The notes under the pieces: generated by a model
Database searches by the model: none
What the model saw: the letters and a program-made list of their open reading frames with translations, nothing else
What the model was told of the DNA's origin: nothing
Shown: piece after piece, positions 24,001-34,980 of the stretch
Layout: each line of letters starts with the position of its first letter
How positions within the stretch are numbered: the first letter of the stretch is position 1
Program-made: the position numbers and the translations under genes
DNA from: Ascidiella aspersa
Taxonomy: Eukaryota
NCBI GenBank assembly: GCA_963924565.1
Contig: OZ004610.1
Coordinates: forward strand, 4,650,001 to 4,714,000
DNA length: 64,000 bases
Direction: 5' to 3'

Positions 24001-27000
24001 TCGACGAAAAATCCTTTTTAAAGCGGCACTTCAAATACATGTGGAAATACCATTACAGAGAAGCACAACGTCGTGCACTAGAGTAGAAAGCTATAAAAGC
24101 GCTTAAGAAAAAAAATAATGTATAAAGTAATGTACAGGCCTCTAATAAAAAATCCATTCTCAAAGCGTGGACGTGTAGAATAAATACAATGCAGCCGTCC
24201 TTTATATAAAAAAAAACAGCTCGTTAAAACTGTCGTCGCCGCGCTATAAAGGCATCTGCGTCGTCTGCACAAAACAAAACAAGGTGCCGTCTGTTGTACG
24301 CCAACCAGGCCATAAGCACGCAGCAGGTTGCTGGCCTAAATTGCCGCACGCCAGGTATAAGCCACGCCATTAATAATGCACCAGTCGCTCTTCGGCTGTT
24401 TCTCTTTGCATAGCTCTGCCGTTTTGCTCAAATGCAAAGAGGGCCGCTGTGCAGCAGAAAGGGCACGAGAAAGCACCCGGCTTCCGTCTGAAAAGTACGC
24501 GGGTATTTTTAGAGTAGCGGCGATAGCTTGCTTCGGACTTTTCACACCGACGCCGCTTAAATTCGCGCTCCTTGGCTAGTCGGGCCTGCTCCTTTGAAAC
24601 GCGGATGTCGGGACGTTTTGCTTTACTGAGAGGACTTGCCTTGATCGTTGAAAGCACCTGCTTTTGGGAGTGAAACCGCACGCTTTTTTTCGAGTTTGTC
24701 ATCGCAGAACAGCTGTCAAGAAACCTTGCGATGAACACAGCTTTAAATGGGGGGTTGCGGGTTTCAATATTAGCACGTGTGAATGGGTGTTAGGCCAATC
24801 TGTTTACATTCAATATAAACAGCTCCTGAATTGGACACAAAACGGGATGAACAGCAGTGTTTTTGAGTGGTAATTGGCACTTTGCCATCGAAAAGAAGTT
24901 CAACGTGTTTTTATAGCAATGCAAGTTTGGCAATAACTAGGAGCCTTAATTGGTTCATGGGCTTTGATATTAGAAGTGTAAAATGAATATCAAGAAGGTT
25001 GTTCAGCTCCAAATTTTGACCAAAACTTCTGAAATCTTCAGTTTTTTAGCGTTCAAGCAACATAAAAAACAACTTTTCAAAATCGCCAGCACGTCTCCTG
25101 CATTCAGCAGCTGTTTTTTTTTGACTCGTCATCTCAGCAAATACCAAGGGCGCCCGTACACAATCAACATCAAATAGCAGTGAGCACTTTTCGCCGCCCG
25201 CGGCTGTCTGTGACGTAATAGACGGCATCGCGATGACCTTGAATGCACCGCGCGCGACCGACCCGCCTGACACTTCCCTGCATGAACTCCGCTAACGGAA
25301 CAAACGAGTCTGTCTGTTTACACTTGATCGTTTCGCAAGAGCACCTTTGTTTCAGCTTTTACTTTTTTCTATTATTTTAAGCCCCCCAAAATATGATTTT
25401 TGTTAATTTAGAAACTGCACAACATTTAAAGACTCCGCCAGCCTATTTAATTTGCCTTGGTGGTGATATTATATTTTTTTGTTTTTTTTAACTTTCAGTT
25501 TCTGCTGTATTTTTATTATGCGCGCCAAAAAGTCAAGTGAAAAACATCTTTTAAAATCGCGCCCTACTCAGTGGGCTCCATAAGCCCAATGAAAGCCGCC
25601 TTGATGTTGATCGCATTTAGATGTTACGCAATGCAAGTGACCTATGAGCGTTGGCGTCTCCTGGATCGGTCTGGCGGCGCAAGGCATGTTCTGCGGTCAA
25701 ACACGGTTCTACCTTAGCTAGGCGTCCCGCCACATTTCTGTCATTCCGCGCACGCAACGTTAGTAGCCGATTCGGGCAAATTCTTGGCGAGCCGCTGGCC
25801 TAATATGGCCGTGGGCGTCTTGCGCTCAATGCTGCCACTGTTTTAACCGGTTTATCATGTTTTTTGGGGGCTTTTGTAACTGTTGGTCAGATTCGAACCC
25901 GCGAGCTCCGGATTTAGAAACCGGTTTTTAAATGCCGCATTCGTCTATTTTGCTATTTCGGCTGCGGTGGGATTTCAACCCGTGCCCTTTGGATTTGGTG
26001 ACCGTATATCAAAAAAACGTGTTTGGCCAAAAAGTTTTTCGCTCGATTTTAATGAAATCGTCTGCGGTCGGATTTAAACCCGCGTCCTTGGGATTTAAAA
26101 CCGGTTTCAAAAACTTGATTTTGCGCGCCTAGTTGACCTTTCTCTCTCTCGCGAAAGAGCGGTTTTTCGCCTTTTGCTGTTGCTGCATCGCGCTTCCATT
26201 GTTCTGCTTCGAAAACCCGCGCGACCTCCATTCGTGGAAATCCGCCTTTGTTACGTCGAGATGTCTCGCGCCTCGAAAGCTAGACTCGCTTCCCCTGAAC
26301 CTACGCGAAAAACGCCGGAAGCCAGCTGTTTAGAAAGCAACCGGGGTCCCGGGTATTTACATTGCTAGCAGGTTTCGTTGAAAACCGTTAAGTTAAAAGC
26401 GCCTTTCTAGCCCTCCCACCGCAGTTTTTCCCGGATTTCTCTTTCCCAATACCCCACAAAATCGGCCAGACTTGCCCCGTCCCGCGAACTGCTACGACCC
26501 GCGCCCGGTGCGTACCGCGAACTTGTACGACCTCCCATCGCGATTAAAAATCCGTTTTAAATCTCCCGTGAAGCGAATGCGGGTTTGCGAAGCGGCGAGA
26601 CAGGTTTCGCAATCACACGTATGCCAGCAAGGCTAGAAATTCGATTTGCATACAGGACTTTGACGCGTTTTCCAAAAATTCCGAGCCTTGTAGCACAGGG
26701 TTCGGTGTGGCATTTTGTCCAGCACAACAGCAATGTTAATATTTACCATACATATTTTACCAGGACTCAAAATAATAAGTTGCTAGTTCATCACTTTAAT
26801 TTCGAGCACTGTATAGCAAAAAATCCTTGAACTTTTTTGTCTTATTTAAAGCCAGTCTAAATATTTCGCCACACAAATCGGCAGAGCGTCGGTCGTTATT
26901 TGAATCGGAAGCAGCAGTATTAATACTTTCCTCACACAGACACAGTTTCAGACTTGTGTGCGCGGAAACGTGATGCTTACGGTGCTCAACAAACCCCGGC

Positions 27001-30000
27001 TGCTGTATCCTGGTGGTAGCATCGCGATACAGGCACGTCTAGCCGCTATAGCGCACTTGTAGTGGCACGGATGCGGCTTTGTCCTCCGCAAATCCGCCGA
27101 GTATGTACACACGACAAGGCCAGGGACCCCGGGAACGCCAGGAACCACTCGGGCGCCACATCCGCTCTCCCCCCGGATCGATAACCGGATTCCGCGGCCC
27201 TCCAGACCTAAGTGGCCCCTCAAAAATTGCGTCGTGCGCCCATAAATGCACGCGCAGGTTGATCCGAAATATATATGTCCAATTAATTGCGGCGCCTTAC
27301 ATATGCTTTGTTGCGTCATCAAAGGCGCTTTATTAACAGCGCGCGCGCTCAAGGGTGCTCCAAGCTGATCCAACCCTGCTTTGAATCAAAGCCGTAGCTA
27401 GTGGCAACGTATCAAGCGTCCCCCACTCGAGCAGAATTTAGTTTTGATTGCAGATGCCCAAGTGGTGCTTCTAATCTCGCTTCGCTTTGTTTCTGCTGCT
27501 TCTCTGCGGTTCTGCGTCGCTTAGGTTGGAATAATATGCTCGAAATAGAATAATGTCGTTCTCCGCCGGTTGCTGTTGCGTTTTGTGAACTTGTTAAACG
27601 CTGTTAAGAGTTAAAATTTTTATTTCGAGGATCGGTTCACAAAGATTCATTTGAAACGTTTAATGCTACCTACTTCTGTATGAGCTTGGATATTCATTCC
27701 ACGTCTAACTACAACCTCCAGCAATTATCTTAAGATTTATACGAAAGGTTCACAAAACGCTACCTATAGTTATGTATGATGGCATTGGCTTTGATTTTCA
27801 TTACACATCTAACTATACGACTATTTAGGCCGAAATTTCGACGGATTTCGTGAAATTAAACGTAAATCCTTTTGTTGCAGGCACGAGAGTCTACTCGCCC
27901 CCCGAATGGGTTCGCAAGCACAGATACCATGGTCGTTCCGCTGCCGTCTGGTCCCTTGGCATCCTGCTGTACGACATGGTGTGCGGGGACATTCCTTTCG
28001 AGAAAGACGAAGAAATCGAAAACGCCGAGGTCCGCTTCACGCGGCAAGTCTCGCCAGGTAAATAGAGTTTTTTTTCTAATTTTTGCTGTGATAAACGCGA
28101 AATTGAGACAGAAAAGCGAAACTTTTTTTCGCTGTTTTAAGGGAAAAAAATCGATGCTCAAATCAGGACGTATTCAAAACCTGACAAATTCGAAAAAAAT
28201 CGCTTAAATCAAAACAACAGATTAAACAGTTAGAAAATCGCTTTTAGTTTCCAATATAACTATACAGTTTACTTAAATCAATTTTTTAGTCGAATCGTTC
28301 TTAAAATTTTGGAGTTTTATTATTTTTACAATCTATGCTGTTTTTAGCCAGCTCTTAAATCGCCGTAATCCGCTTTAATAACCCTTAGCTCGCCGATTAC
28401 GATAAATCGCTATAAAAAACTGAAGCTGGGTTTTCGCTTATTCCCTTTCCCAGAGAGGTGAGCGATTCCAGAAATCGCTCGTAAATTTAGAAGCATGGGA
28501 AAAGGCAGCAGGTCGTGCGCCGGCCATTATTATTAGACACAAACCGATGCTGTTGTGCACTTGGAACGACCTATACCCGACCTATTATTCGCACCCGTAT
28601 TAGATGAGCAAATATTTGCCCGACGTTATACGTATAGCCTTTGCCTTTGCATTTACGTTGATAGCTATATTAAGGATGGCCATATTAGGGACGGTCGATA
28701 GTTTGTTTTTCATTTTGATACCCAATATTTTCGACCAAAAAAGGCCGTTAGCATTTTAAATGTTTAAATATCTCTTTAATGATTTTTGACACTGTTGAAA
28801 CAAATTTGCCAAATGCTTTGAACCCTGCTTTTTTCAGGCAAAGCAAAAAAAATCAGCATTCAAATGTACGCAAAAGGCACAAAAAAAAATCATTTCGAAC
28901 CGCGTTAAAACCAATATTTTGTGACCTGCCTTTGGTTACGAACTCGTGTTGTCTCAGCAGTAAAGCATCAGCGACATAACAGCATTTCCTTTTGTGTGCA
29001 ATAGCCTTTGTTTAGCAAACGGCCGAAGCGACAGGCTGTAAATCGCGTTGCTATTCTCGTATATGGCACTGGATTCAAAAATAGTTCCCTGTTTGACAAT
29101 CGCCTGACCTTATTTACGCGCATTCGGGCGAAAATTTCGCGACCACATCTCGACAAAGCATAATGGCGCCGAAAGGCAAAATGCAAATGGATCACTTCCG
29201 CCGTTTCGTAGCATCAATGCAAAACCGCGATCTGAATACAGCCTTAAGGCGCTTTAAATGCGAATCGCTCGAATTTCAACTTTCGGTCTTAGCTCATTGT
29301 GCCTATTTTGCCTAAACCCTGGGTCAGGACGATTCCAGTTGTGGCCACGGCCCGGTTTTATCGGGCCAAAGGTCATCCCGCCATTAAAACGACTCTCGTA
29401 CTCACGTAGCCGAACATTACCCGATCTCTCTTTGTTAAACAAACTTAAACCTTTAACCTTTCCGGCGGCTCAAACCATGACGTAGGTAAAAATTCTTGCC
29501 TGTCATGCGGATATTGTATTATTCTTGCCCTGGGCGGGTTCCTGGACCCCCCTGGGTAGGATTAATCGTCCCTTCTGACGAATCGGGCGTACACTAGTGC
29601 GCCTAAACAAATAGCAGCTTCTTTGATCCACCCAAGCGCTGTGTGTTGTGGGCGCTTTCTCAAAACCGACGATTTTCAAACAACCGAGATTTCCTGTTGA
29701 TTTTGTGGCTCTCGGCTCGCAAAAAAGAGAGTAAACATGCGTCTTGAGTCGCGTATAATTCCACCAAGGCCAGCAGTAAGCCTTAAGTCTACTACGCGGC
29801 CATAAAAAGATTTGCTTACGTGGCGGCGTATTGTTGCTCGTAAGGCGCTTTTATTGTTTAATTCGGTCGCTAACGTAAGCTGTAAGCTTCTGACCAGGCG
29901 TTTAACCTCACGCCGACGTGAGCACCACCTGGAAATTCACGCAAACGCCAAGAATAGCTCGTGCGTGTTGCGCAAATGCACCTCTGCGTGGCTAATTGAC

Positions 30001-33000
30001 GCACGGAAGGCGAAAAAACTCTCTGGTGCCTTTTGAACCGTGCGGAATGTAAACCTGACGCCAGTTTGTGATGTAGCGTCGTCACAGCAGCGCCGGCCAC
30101 GATCGAGCCACTCCGAGCCGAGCAAGGTTCAACACAATACGATTTGCTCAAGGATTTGAACTCGCCTTACAAAATAGCGCGTGTTTGTTTAGTATTGCTA
30201 GCGCCGCAGCTGCTCTCCAAAGAGCGATGATCACGGGGCTTCAAAACGCCATTCACACCTGCCAGGGTGACGCACATTTGCCAGATCAAAGCGTCCGTTA
30301 TGCCATTTGCGCAAACACAATTTTGCCTTCTATAAACGTTGCACGGTTATAGTGCCACGCTTGCATAATTCAGGACAAAAAACTCCTGAATTCGCAAACT
30401 TAGCCTTCTGTGAGTTTGCCGCATTTGAAAACAAAATTGTTACGTAAACCTGTTTGTATGCCATAATCGTGATGTTTTTTACACGACTTTTCGAGCATTT
30501 ATTAGGCGCCATTTAAAAGTTACCGAACTCTGCTAAATTTCGTGGATTTTGACAGTATTCAAAAACGTCATAAAACGATCATGTGTCCGATAAAAGCAAT
30601 CAATAAAAATATGCAGCCAAATTTTCCGAAATTCGTAAGTTTGGCTCAAATTTGCCGTTATTGAAAAACTAAATCGGTTCGACAAAACATTACGTGTCCA
30701 ATAATAGCGACTTTCTACGATTCAAAAAGCAGATTTTTCAGCCGCGATTATTCGCTGCAGTTGCATAAGAACGCGGCGCAGTTTAAGGAAATAGGCGACG
30801 CCTTTGTTTACCACGATTCCACCAGCACATAGATGCCACGCTTCCTGTGAATATAAGTGGCCCACACTGCTCGTAGGCTGTTTCCAATGCGGCGCTGTAT
30901 ACGCAAATGTGCCCATCATCAAAATAGAGCCACGGGTAGTAGTAGTATGCAGATGAGGTCGCTTCCCACTCAAAACACTGACTGGGGGCGTTTCCACCTC
31001 TGAAGCAAGCCAAGCTGAAACTGCAACTTTAAAAATAAGCCGTTTTCTTTTTTTTCGCCCTGTTCTTATTCTAATGCTTTATAACGCGGCTACTTAAAAA
31101 AAAGGCAAACTTAACCTTACAAACGCGAAGAAAATAGCTAAAAAGAGCCAGGTGAGAAGTAGCAACTGATGAAAAATATAGAGGTTGGTAGTTGAACAAG
31201 CGCTTTAAAACGATGATTCTGTCGTGTAATTCCAAAAAAATAGGTTTTCCAATATTAAAAATAACATGTAAAAAAAGCAGGAATAGTTTACAAGAAGATA
31301 CAAGTTTTTCTCCTTGAAAGTCTAACCGCTTTTGTTTTTCATTGTAGAATGCGAATCCCTCATCCGTTCTCTGCTATCCTTTCGGCCAGCGGACCGCCCC
31401 ACCATCGAGCAAATCATGATCCATCCCTGGATACTCAAGGGAGACTTCATTTCCAGGTAAATATAACAATGCCTTTGTCAAATAAATAAAGCTGGTGATA
31501 CTAATAACTACACCAGTTATTGTTAATATTGTAGTCTTTAGAAGTGAAACGAATGCGGTATTATATTAACTATATGTTAAACGCACTCACACTTTTGAGT
31601 AGCATCTGACAAAAAAACAAAAAAAGGACCAAAAGTTGTTTAATGCACACTTCTCCCTATAGTTGCACTTTTCCGGTCAAAATACTTGTTTTTCTTTTTC
31701 GCAAGTCGAAAATAGTAATAGCAGTCGAACTTTGCGATGACTTTGCAAACATTCAACCGAAAACCCGGACACACTTTCGCTTTCGCAAACCACAACGAAC
31801 TGGAATTCTCGCTCCACTTTCACAAGTTTCGGATCGCCACTGTATACAATAGGAAAGCGTTCCTACACGGAAACACTGCAAAACCGCGACGCGCGACTAG
31901 CCTAAACAAATTACGCTTGTCACACTTTCAAAACGTTCTGTTACGAAAAAATGCACTTATTTTCAACCCGTTTCAAGCGCCCTCTTTTTGCCTTCTTAAA
32001 CGCCACTTTAAAAAGCCAAAAACACAGTTTGTAGTTAAAAAAAATACCTGTAGCTTTGTGGCAAGTGAAAATATTGAAGAAAACAGTCTAAAAACGGGGC
32101 CAAAATACAGAGTCGGCCTTTAAAAGCGGCCATTTAGACTGGGCTGTTTTCCTGCGAGTCAACAGTCTTTCTCTTTGCGTTATCCGAGTTCGAGTTTGCG
32201 CTGATCAGTTTTGGTCTTTTGCCAACACGACTTTCGACTTAGTAGCAGTGCCACAGAGATCGCGCAAAGGTCGCGGGCGACGCTCTTTGTTGCGTAACAG
32301 TTGCGTAACAATTAAACTTCGCCGTTCGTCCGTTCGCTTTCGAGAAAAAATGCGAACTTTCTGTTGCGCGTTAAGCTCGCTTTTTTGCACGTTTGCCGGT
32401 TTATGCACTTCAGCTTATAAGCACCGCATGGTTTGGAATTCAGGCCATGTTTTTGGTAAGACATAAGAACAGAAACCGTATAGTTTGTACACATGTTAAA
32501 ACACCAACCAAGCATTCAGGAAAACAACACAACAATCATTGAAAGTACAATTATTATCGATTCACTATTTCTTAACGCGTCCCGTAGTTGGGTCGATATT
32601 CGTCATAAACGTTTGTGTTTAAATTCGAAAGCCGAAGACCATGCTACCAATGTTATTTAACCTTAACTGTTACGCAAATAGGCATTTTCAGGCGAAAATA
32701 ATACGGTGGAGTAGAACTATCGATCCGCTATTTCTCTTAACGCGTTGAGCATTTAGCACATGGGTCGATAGTCCACACAGAACCACACAGGGTATAAAAA
32801 ATATATAAAACTTTATTTTAAAAGAGCAGAATACTTTGGGTAATTGCGTAACTATAGTATTCTGCTCTTTTTGAATAAAGTTGTTTTATATCTTTTTTTT
32901 ACCCTTAGTGGTTCTTATGATCTTACGATATGGATAAAAGATCCCGATATAAACAATTAAAATAAAAAATTAATACTAATATTATTTTATCGACTTAAAT

Positions 33001-33131
33001 CTGTCGACAATCGTTTGAAACATTGTTTTTTTTCTTGCAGGCATTGCGGTACAGTAAGTACGAGTCACATACGCACCAGTTCTGAATGCTCCGACGCCGG
33101 TAGCTCCACAGACAGCACCGAGAGCATTTGA
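6024..33131 (+). CDS. PIM3: Pim-family serine/threonine kinase (PIM1/2/3 pro-orthologue, most PIM3-like); join(6024..6099,6490..6638,6901..7107,8075..8231,27881..28057,31348..31456,33041..33131), 321 aa
   Basis: Spliced ORF has GQGGFG P-loop, VAIKH, Pim-specific hinge [61 protein letters not shown] and a C-terminal SSTDSTESI resembling the PIM3 tail. All introns are GT-AG with matching phases (1,0,0,1,1,2). Confidence 0.95.
6490..6638 (+). CDS. PIM3: Pim kinase coding exon 2 ([21 protein letters not shown]...VWGQ)
   Basis: Acceptor tttttcag, donor CAG|GTAAGG; P-loop and catalytic Lys. Confidence 0.95.
6901..7107 (+). CDS. PIM3: Pim kinase coding exon 3 ([13 protein letters not shown]...[16 protein letters not shown]...FFWQ)
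   Basis: Acceptor caacag at 6900, donor CAG|GTTCGT; Pim hinge proline. Confidence 0.95.
7720..8000. repeat. Family B repeat cluster (GGAGGTTGTAGTT...ATATCAAAGCCCATACAGAAGTAG), two forward and one reverse copy
   Basis: Same motif at 11212-11262(-), 17765-17910(+/-), 21881-21995(+/-), 24955-25010, 27667-27815(-,-) and 49375-49438(-). Confidence 0.8.
8075..8231 (+). CDS. PIM3: Pim kinase coding exon 4 ([26 protein letters not shown]...DFGSG...EFD)
   Basis: Acceptor ccctatag, donor GACG|GTAAGC; HRD and DFG motifs, in a frame not shown by the ORF track. Confidence 0.95.
16370..16552. repeat. Degenerate ~35-bp minisatellite (CTAGTTGGTG...TTTTT..CCCATTTT) x5
   Basis: Recurring AGTTGGT/AGGTGGT and CCCATTTT units. 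Confidence 0.6.
17765..17910. repeat. Family B inverted pair
   Basis: AAGAATATCAAAGCCCATACAGA ... TCTGTATGGGCTTTGATATTCTT perfect inverted arms. Confidence 0.8.
25885..26110 (-). repeat. Three degenerate tandem tRNA/SINE-derived 3'-half units (~85-100 bp apart)
   Basis: GATTCGAACCCGCG, GATTTCAACCCGTG and GATTTAAACCCGCG are reverse B-box/T-arm matches; related + strand piece at 20890-20920. Confidence 0.55.
27640..27815 (-). repeat. Family B copies just upstream of Pim exon 5
   Basis: CTACTTCTGTATGAGCTTGGATATTC...CTAACTACAACCTCCA. Confidence 0.75.
27881..28057 (+). CDS. PIM3: Pim kinase coding exon 5 ([10 protein letters not shown]...GDIPFE...VSP)
   Basis: Acceptor tttgttgcag, donor CCAG|GTAAAT; phase 1 matches exon 4. 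Confidence 0.95.
31348..31456 (+). CDS. PIM3: Pim kinase coding exon 6 ([36 protein letters not shown])
   Basis: Acceptor ttcattgtag; kinase subdomain XI (RP..RPT...HPW); donor CCAG|GTAAAT. Confidence 0.92.
32779..32915. repeat. AT-rich foldback element (~60-bp arms); half copy at 38049-38118
   Basis: AGAACCAC...AAAAGAGCAGAATACT / AGTATTCTGCTCTTTT...GTGGTTCT. Confidence 0.75.
33041..33131 (+). CDS. PIM3: Pim kinase terminal coding exon 7 ([30 protein letters not shown])
   Basis: Strong acceptor ttttttttcttgcag, phase 2 join, Ser/Thr-rich tail similar to the vertebrate PIM3 C-terminus. Confidence 0.8.
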
Positions 33132-33539
33132 GGCGCTTCGCGAGCCGGAACAATCGTGCAAGTGACGTCACAATCCCTTGCAACAATAGCGGCCGCGCGC
33201 GCCGCCGAAAAACCACTGGATCTATGACCATTTCGCAAAAAATCGACAAGAACATCTTAAGACGCGAGACCCACTGGAAACCGGTTTTGTCGCTCCTAGA
33301 ATGACGGTCCTTTCAAAAAACGGATTTGATGTTGCATTTTTTGGGGTTTCGCGTGAATTTAACCCGCGACCCCCCCAAAAAACAATGGCTGTCTGACAAA
33401 CCATTGTTTTTGCCCCCCTAAAACAACTCGTAATCCTATCGGAACCCCTTGAAAGGCTTTGCTTGAGTTTTCGATTAGCGCCATAAACTTATATATTTCC
33501 ACACTTTACGCTTGTAACTTCTAAATATAATATTTTTTT

Positions 33540-34880
33540 GCTCGCTTTTTGTTTTATTTATTGTTGGTCGTTCTGTTTTCTTATTACCCTTATTATTTAT
33601 TGAAATGTAGCCTGTTGCTGCGTTTTTTAACATTCTCGCGGCATCTTCGGTTATATTCGGATTTGTTCGGAATCGTTCGGATCCGATCGGTTTTGTTCGG
33701 ATTCAAAATGTTTTCTCTGTTTCTGTCCAGAGTAATTTGTTTTTGTTCGTCTTTTTTTCTCGTGCTATTTATTTTTACTTTTTCTCTGCTGTCGTCGTTT
33801 TTCCCCTTTTTTCGCCCCCGTCTTATTTCTTCACTCCCCCTTTGAAATATATTTTACGAATGTCGCCTCCTGCGGTGATTATGACTTCACAATCGAATCT
33901 TACCGGCGCCTTCATCCTTTTTGCGGGGACTTACCCTAAACCGGAGAAAGTCCCGTATGTTGCTGTTTTTTGTTATTTTTTGCCGTTTTTTTGGTGCTTA
34001 ATTTATTTTCACCCCTTTGTTAAAATACCCGCGTGGCGGTGCGACACCAAGTGGTCTGCACAACCATTATTCGTGTTTTTTTGTTCTTTGTCGCGTTACT
34101 ACTTTGTGCAACTCACTTTTTTCGTTTGAATAACTCTCAAAAGGTCCGCATACCACATTTAACCAAAATATTTTCCCGCATACCACACTTACGTGAAATT
34201 TTTTATGGTGCCTCTAAAAAAATAAGTTGATTTAAGGTGCGCGAGACGAAAAAAAAGTTTGCACATTTCTAAATTCGAACCCAATGTTTCTTACAACACA
34301 CGTTTCATGATTTGACACAAAAAAATCGCAGCATTTCAAGCGACTATCGTTTTCACAAACAAACTACGTTTCTTTCACTTCAATTTTTTAAACAATCAAA
34401 TAAACGTTATTTTTATCCCGATTCCGCACAAAAACGGTTTTAAACCGCTCTCTTCAAAGCGAAACCGATTTTCGATTTGCTCGAACGCGAAAAATCCCCA
34501 AACGACGGCTGTCGCTTTATGACGTCACACATGCGGAGTTCTTCGTGCCAGCCGCGCGGCAACAATCGTGCTTGCGTATGACGTAACAATGCATTCGTTC
34601 GGAAATGACGACCGTACTTAAAAGGGCTGATTTGCAAAATTTGAAGTTTTTTGTCGTTTAAACAGCTTTTATAAACCTCGATTGTAAATCTTATAAAGAA
34701 TAACCTTATTTGGAGGTACATTGTTACGTCACTGAGTGTTTTGTCTGTTTCCGGGTCTATCTTTTCCTTTTGTCGTTCGTTCTTACTTTTGGTGTGTCAT
34801 TGTTGTTATTATTTATTGTCGTGACCCGGACATCTGGGCATTCTTTCCTATTTCTTTATTTATTCTTGGAAAATAAACAA
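33540..34880 (+). promoter_or_regulatory. U-rich Pim 3'UTR with four TTATTTATT AU-rich elements (33554, 33593, 34809, 34856) and AATAAA near 34872
   Basis: Motifs read directly downstream of the stop; strong T skew on the sense strand. Confidence 0.45.
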
Positions 34881-34980
34881 AAGGTCTCGAAACGTAGACC
34901 GACCAGCGGACATAATGGATGACTGTTGTTTCTATTGTGCGAGAAAAACTTTAGGAACAGATCAGCTTAAACCTTAACTA

